Assembly (NCBI GenBank): GCA_042216335.1
Contig: JBDGTY010000026.1
Coordinates: 11,438 to 23,308, forward strand
Length of the DNA: 11,871 nt
From: Candidatus Nanohalobium sp.
GTDB taxonomy: Archaea > Nanohalarchaeota > Nanosalinia > Nanosalinales > Nanosalinaceae
Direction: 5' to 3'
How positions within the stretch are numbered: the first letter of the stretch is position 1; each line of letters starts with the position of its first letter. Of the stretch, positions 8,364-11,871 are shown piece after piece. Position numbers and translations under genes: made by a program. A model generated the notes under the pieces. That model saw nothing but the letters and a program-made list of their open reading frames with translations. It had not been told where the DNA came from and did no database searches.

Positions 8364-8381
8364 AAAAAACTCTTTTTGTCT
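8364..8381. terminator. Putative bidirectional oligo-T terminator between convergent genes
   Basis: AAAAAAC-TCTTTTTG gives a T-tract on each strand directly after both stop codons. Confidence 0.45.
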
Positions 8382-8726
8382 CTACAGTATCCTTTCTGCC
8401 TCGGAGAACTTCTGCTTCAGCATGCCTTTATCCCTGACCGTGGTGACGATGCTCGCCAGTTCCTCGGTGTAGTCCTCTTCTTTCGCGGCCTTGTCCGCTG
8501 CATCATTCAACAAGATACCTGTCTGCGGATCATCCGTCAACTTCTCAACGATCCCCTGATCCGCCCGCTTCTCGTTCATGTACTGAGACACCGCCGGCTG
8601 AGTAACATCCAGGAGATCCGCGATCTCATGCTGGTGAAGCCCGTAATCCTCACTCAGCTTCCGGGCCAGTACACTCCTCACTGCGGGTAGAAGATCCTCG
8701 GAGATAACCTCGGATTCAAACCTCAT
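8382..8726 (-). CDS. Stand-alone XRE-like HTH transcriptional regulator (COG2522 / ThiR N-terminal-domain-like)
   Basis: E.....LLPAVRSVLA..L...YGL.Q.EIA.LL.VTQPAVSQY...KRA is the characteristic pattern of this archaeal family. Confidence 0.85.
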   Translation of the reverse strand: MRFESEVISEDLLPAVRSVLARKLSEDYGLHQHEIADLLDVTQPAVSQYMNEKRADQGIVEKLTDDPQTGILLNDAADKAAKEEDYTEELASIVTTVRDKGMLKQKFSEAERIL

Positions 8727-8730
8727 ACAG

Positions 8731-8745
8731 TATAACGCCGTGATA
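8731..8745. promoter_or_regulatory. Imperfect palindrome, candidate autoregulatory operator
   Basis: TATAAC-GCC-GTGATA (5 of 6 arm positions pair), 4 nt upstream of the HTH start codon. Confidence 0.45.
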
Positions 8746-8777
8746 AAATTGATAACTGTTGCTGTAGTTCAGCATAT

Positions 8778-9047
8778 GTGGAAAGACCAGGCCGGAATGA
8801 AATCAGGGAATTCAACAGAATCCTTGAGAAGAAGGAGAGCTCCCGCTGCTACATCGAGGCTAACCGCGAAACTTTATCCAAAAATTACGAAGGCAAGGAA
8901 GTGATAGCGATAACTGGCGAAGAAGGGAGCGAGATAGCAGCAGCCTATGACCCAGAATCTGAACACAACTGGGAGCAGGCGCTTTCAGCCATAATAGAAA
9001 CTTATGGTGAAGAAACGTATCACAGCGCCGTTGCCAGAGAACTATAA
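8778..9047 (+). CDS. Small acidic hypothetical protein, DUF5678-like
   Basis: 89 aa, GTG start, fills the intergenic gap, with acidic composition like the other genes. YIEANRETLSKNYEGKEVIAI resembles the N...L...Y.GK..AI pattern of DUF5678 proteins (from memory of the family). Confidence 0.6.
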   Translation: MERPGRNEIREFNRILEKKESSRCYIEANRETLSKNYEGKEVIAITGEEGSEIAAAYDPESEHNWEQALSAIIETYGEETYHSAVAREL

Positions 9048-9070
9048 TAGAGAAAAATGAAAGAAAAAAT
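9048..9070 (-). terminator. Putative oligo-T terminator of the histone gene
   Basis: The minus strand is T-rich (two T5 runs and a T3 run) immediately after the TAG at 9071. Confidence 0.5.
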
Positions 9071-9412
9071 CTAGTGATCCGCCTGTTCGACTTCGCGTGA
9101 AAGCCTTTCGACGTCGGCTGAGAGTGCGTCCAGTTTCCGGGCGACTCTTTCCTTCTCCTTGATGATGTTCTCGACTTTCTCGTATTTTCTTGCGGCGGTG
9201 TCGAGGTGGTGTTTTTCGACGTATGCTGCGTCCGTCTCCATCATGTTGTCGATGATCTCTTCTGCGATCTCACCGAGCAGGAGGTTGAGGCCGTAGTATA
9301 CGTTTGAGCGGACGTACTGACCGTCTGCTGCCTTGTCTCTGATCATCCTTTTGATCCTTGCGTGAGTGAAAGGAAGGTCTTCTACCTCAGTGTCGTTTGG
9401 GACTTCTACCAT
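9071..9412 (-). CDS. Histone-fold protein with C-terminal coiled-coil extension (coiled-coil histone variant)
   Basis: LPFTHARIKRMIR (alpha1, cf. LP.A.I.RI.K), YVRSNV (L1), a long amphipathic alpha2, YVEKHHL (L2/alpha3), then heptad-rich VENIIKEKERVARKLDALSADVERLSREVE. Confidence 0.85.
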   Translation of the reverse strand: MVEVPNDTEVEDLPFTHARIKRMIRDKAADGQYVRSNVYYGLNLLLGEIAEEIIDNMMETDAAYVEKHHLDTAARKYEKVENIIKEKERVARKLDALSADVERLSREVEQADH

Positions 9413-9440
9413 GTTATCACAGCCAAAAATTCGGTTTAGA

Positions 9441-9475
9441 AGCTTTTAATGGTTTCCAAATCGAAAGCTATAAAC
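9441..9475. promoter_or_regulatory. Back-to-back BRE/TATA promoters for the histone gene (-) and the 9499 gene (+)
   Basis: Plus strand CGAAAG-CTATAAA (9462-9474), about 25 nt before ATG 9499. Minus strand GGAAACC-ATTAAAAG, about 30-37 nt before ATG 9412. Confidence 0.55.
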
Positions 9476-9498
9476 CCCCTGAGCCACAAGAAGAGAAT

Positions 9499-9726
9499 AT
9501 GGTTGACTGGCAGGCCGTGAACCTCGGGCTCAGCATCTTGGTCAAAATCGTTTTCCTTGGGATATTTGCAGCGACAATCTACGTACTGAAGAATGCTAAC
9601 GAACTGGTTGAGTCGGCGGAGAGGTCTGCCGAGTCGATCGAGCAGACGGCAGAGGACATCGGCCGTATCGTATCGGTTCTCAGGATGCTTCCGTTCACGA
9701 AGCCGAAAGGTGGTCGGGATGAATGA
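9499..9726 (+). CDS. Small membrane protein (75 aa): one TM helix plus a short coiled coil
   Basis: MVDWQAVNLGLSILVKIVFLGIFAATIYVLKNANELVESAERSAESIEQTAEDIGRIVSVLRMLPF... ATG 9499 follows a good BRE/TATA. The track's TTG 9397 start would overlap the histone gene. Confidence 0.75.
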   Translation: MVDWQAVNLGLSILVKIVFLGIFAATIYVLKNANELVESAERSAESIEQTAEDIGRIVSVLRMLPFTKPKGGRDE

Positions 9727-9970
9727 GTTCGTCGAGGCGGCGAAAAACTCCTCCAACGGCGAGGAAGATGATTCGAAGGACCGTTACGAGAAGGTTAAGA
9801 AGGAGGAGGCCGGTACAGACAAGCCTGATCCTGTTAAGCAGCGGTACAACGAATTGAAGGAGAAGGCGAAGAAGGAGTACAAGAAACAGGAAGAGAAACG
9901 GAGGAAGCGGCAGAAGGAGCAGGAGGAACTCGAAGACGATGAGGATGACGAAGGTTTCGTAACGTATTAA
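9719..9970 (+). CDS. Highly charged hypothetical protein (83 aa)
   Basis: ATG 9719 overlaps the upstream stop (ATGAATGA) and has SD-like AAAGGTGG. The protein is a K/E-rich helix with an acidic tail ending GFVTY, and uses GAG/AAG-rich codons like its neighbours. Confidence 0.75.
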   Translation: MNEFVEAAKNSSNGEEDDSKDRYEKVKKEEAGTDKPDPVKQRYNELKEKAKKEYKKQEEKRRKRQKEQEELEDDEDDEGFVTY

Positions 9971-9996
9971 ATACGAGTTTCGATTGATTTCTGGAT

Positions 9997-11166
9997 ATGG
10001 AGCTGGAGCGAGTCCCGGATATAGCCAAGTATCTTTCAGCTGTTTTCCTGCTCGCCTGGATAGGGCGGAGCACGGTCTGGAACTTTCTGCCGATATTTTT
10101 CGAGAACAACATGGAATCAGTGTTTCTGGTCGGAGTCCTGACATCTCTCAGCGCCGCAGTACCTATCATACTTGACATACCTGTCGGGAATCTTGTGCAG
10201 AGGGCAGGCGAGAAAGTTGTTATCTTCATGGGGATTTCACTCGTTATACTGCCGCCCCTGATGTTTTACACTGCTCTGGTGCCGCTGTTCTTCGCCGGTA
10301 AGATCCTGGAGGGTGTTGCAAAGGCCTTCATCTGGAACGGTGGATGGAGCCTGACCCTGAAGAGTTCCGACGCGGAGACGGAGTCCGAATCTGTGTCTAT
10401 CTTCCTGCTCGGGATCAACATGGCGATTGTCACCGGCCCTGTGATCGGAGGATACCTGATAGCCGGCTACGGTTTCGGCCTCCCCTTGATGCTCTGGGTC
10501 CTTACCTCTAGTCTCGCAGTAATAGCTTACTACTTCGCTATCGGGACGGAGCGGGAGAAAGGACTGGAGAGCTCGCTGGAGGACCTGACACACAGCAGCA
10601 CGTACTTCAACGACTTCCACCACCTGAAGGAGAACTGGAGCAACCTGCGGCACGAGCTTGTCCTAATATTCCTCTACTCAATAATCTTCTCATTCTACTG
10701 GCTGGCCGTGCCTCTGCTGCTCGACAAGATGAACGCCGACTTCGCCACGATGGGCCTGATCTTCGGCTTTGCGGCGCTGCCCAAGATGTTCCAGTTCGTG
10801 TTCGGGGACATAGCCGACAGGATAGGCAAGCACCACACCATCAGAATCCTGGCAGTACTCCTTATACCGACCCTGTTCGCCATGTCGATGGTCGAAAGTC
10901 TCATACTTACCGGACTCCTCTTCTTCCTGGCCCGAGTATTCTCCTCCGGCATGTCACCCGCCATCCACGGCATCTTCGACGAGAACGTACCGAACGAGGT
11001 AGAAGGAGAGATGACAGGATTCAACGAACTTGCAAAACACACCGGCCAGACCATCGGCCCGGTCTTCGCCGGAACAGTAGCCTCCATCTGGAGCCTCAAC
11101 GGATCATTCATAGCCGCGGCAGGAGTCGCCGCACTCATCCTCATAATCTCACTACTTGATTTTTGA
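9997..11166 (+). CDS. Major facilitator superfamily permease
   Basis: 389 aa, about 12 TM in two halves, with motif-A-like PVGNLVQRAGEK and FGDIADRIGKH, plus GPVIGG and GQTIGPVFAG. Confidence 0.9.
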   Translation: MELERVPDIAKYLSAVFLLAWIGRSTVWNFLPIFFENNMESVFLVGVLTSLSAAVPIILDIPVGNLVQRAGEKVVIFMGISLVILPPLMFYTALVPLFFAGKILEGVAKAFIWNGGWSLTLKSSDAETESESVSIFLLGINMAIVTGPVIGGYLIAGYGFGLPLMLWVLTSSLAVIAYYFAIGTEREKGLESSLEDLTHSSTYFNDFHHLKENWSNLRHELVLIFLYSIIFSFYWLAVPLLLDKMNADFATMGLIFGFAALPKMFQFVFGDIADRIGKHHTIRILAVLLIPTLFAMSMVESLILTGLLFFLARVFSSGMSPAIHGIFDENVPNEVEGEMTGFNELAKHTGQTIGPVFAGTVASIWSLNGSFIAAAGVAALILIISLLDF

Positions 11167-11871
11167 TAACTCAGGAAACTCGAAGAGACCGGCCTCACGG
11201 GACACACCCACAGCCTTCAGATCGTCGACACCATATTCCCTCAAAACCGGGCAGAGGAGCTCCTCACGCGGCATATTGTTGACCTCGGAACCGTTCGAGA
11301 TCTTGGAGTAAGCCGGCATCACGACTATATTTCCAGCTTCTATTTCTCCGTAGAGGAAGCAGTCGATCTTCTCCTTCACACCCACATCATCGGTTAACGC
11401 CAGTGCAGGATGTTCATGGCCAATAACCAGTGTATCGAAATTTTCATCGACATCTTCATGGCCGTGGACGAAGAGAACTCCGTCCTCCCCGAAACTTTCT
11501 CTCAGTTCCAGGCCGTGTTTTTCCGCGGTGTTATCCAGGAAAGTGTCGTGATTTCCCTCGATCAGGAGGACCTCATCGAACAGATCTATCAGGAACTCGA
11601 GGAATTCGTCTACCTCCTGCTTTTCCGTATAGCTGGTCGAGAACTGGTTCTTCAGGTCTCCATTCACCAGTATCCTGTCAGCTCCAGTCTCTTCCCTTAT
11701 CTCCTCAAGTTCGTCCTTGATGTCGTCGAGCTGAAAACGCGGGACATAGCTGCCCTTCGACGTCATGCTGCCCTCCAGTCCGAGATGTATATCGGATATG
11801 ACGACAAGGTCAAGCGCCGGGTGGTACAGCGCGGGTTTGCTGTCTATTGTCTGGAAGCCGAGGATTTCCAT
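11152..11871 (-). CDS. Calcineurin-like metallophosphoesterase (COG1407-type)
   Basis: Five metal-binding motifs: SDIHLG, NGDLK, GNHD, HGH and GHEHP, plus VMPAYS. The ATG is at the window edge and the protein looks full length. Its 3' end overlaps the MFS gene by 15 nt. Confidence 0.9.
   Translation of the reverse strand: MEILGFQTIDSKPALYHPALDLVVISDIHLGLEGSMTSKGSYVPRFQLDDIKDELEEIREETGADRILVNGDLKNQFSTSYTEKQEVDEFLEFLIDLFDEVLLIEGNHDTFLDNTAEKHGLELRESFGEDGVLFVHGHEDVDENFDTLVIGHEHPALALTDDVGVKEKIDCFLYGEIEAGNIVVMPAYSKISNGSEVNNMPREELLCPVLREYGVDDLKAVGVSREAGLFEFPELSKIK

Noticed and set aside
5196-8690. Shadow ORFs within GT2, the surface protein and the HTH gene, including 6143-6400 and 8376-8690
   Set aside because: They overlap stronger genes on the opposite strand or in another frame and have no independent support.
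9397-9718. Longer starts for the two small genes (TTG 9397, ATG 9593)
   Set aside because: They would overlap the histone gene, its promoter or the upstream CDS. ATG 9499 and ATG 9719 have promoter or SD support.
9780-9950. GAAGGAG-like purine repeats
   Set aside because: Result of Lys/Glu-rich coding, not a DNA repeat array.
9950-9970. C-terminal FVTY as a proteasome-docking HbYX motif
   Set aside because: Tyr is the final residue rather than the penultimate one, so it does not fit HbYX.
1-11871. tRNA, rRNA, CRISPR array, IS element or integrase
   Set aside because: All intergenic gaps are about 100 nt or less, and no cloverleaf, repeat-spacer pattern, terminal inverted repeats or recombinase ORF was seen by eye.

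Overview
Gene-dense archaeal DNA encoding strongly acidic soluble proteins, typical of a salt-in halophile. The compact layout, short acidic eS6 and apparently leaderless TATA promoters suggest a nanohaloarchaeon or other DPANN lineage (inference, not verified). In order: the 5' part of rps6e (minus strand, runs off the left edge, absent from the ORF track); a co-oriented trkH, trkA, photolyase, EamA/DMT cluster; a processive-type GT2 glycosyltransferase divergent from a large Ig-like, membrane-anchored surface glycoprotein; a stand-alone COG2522/ThiR-N-like HTH regulator; a small DUF5678-like ORF; a histone-fold protein with a C-terminal coiled coil; two small coupled hypothetical genes; an MFS permease; and a COG1407-type metallophosphoesterase. 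No rRNA, tRNA, CRISPR array or mobile element was seen. The most notable signals are: (1) a class I-like photolyase in which the flavin-N5 Asn and the proximal Trp of the photoreduction triad are both replaced (Met, Ile) while the CPD-binding residues are kept; (2) a non-canonical coiled-coil histone divergent from an uncharacterised two-gene module; (3) a TrkA with degenerate nucleotide-binding motifs; (4) a GAAA-tetraloop hairpin in the rps6e leader.
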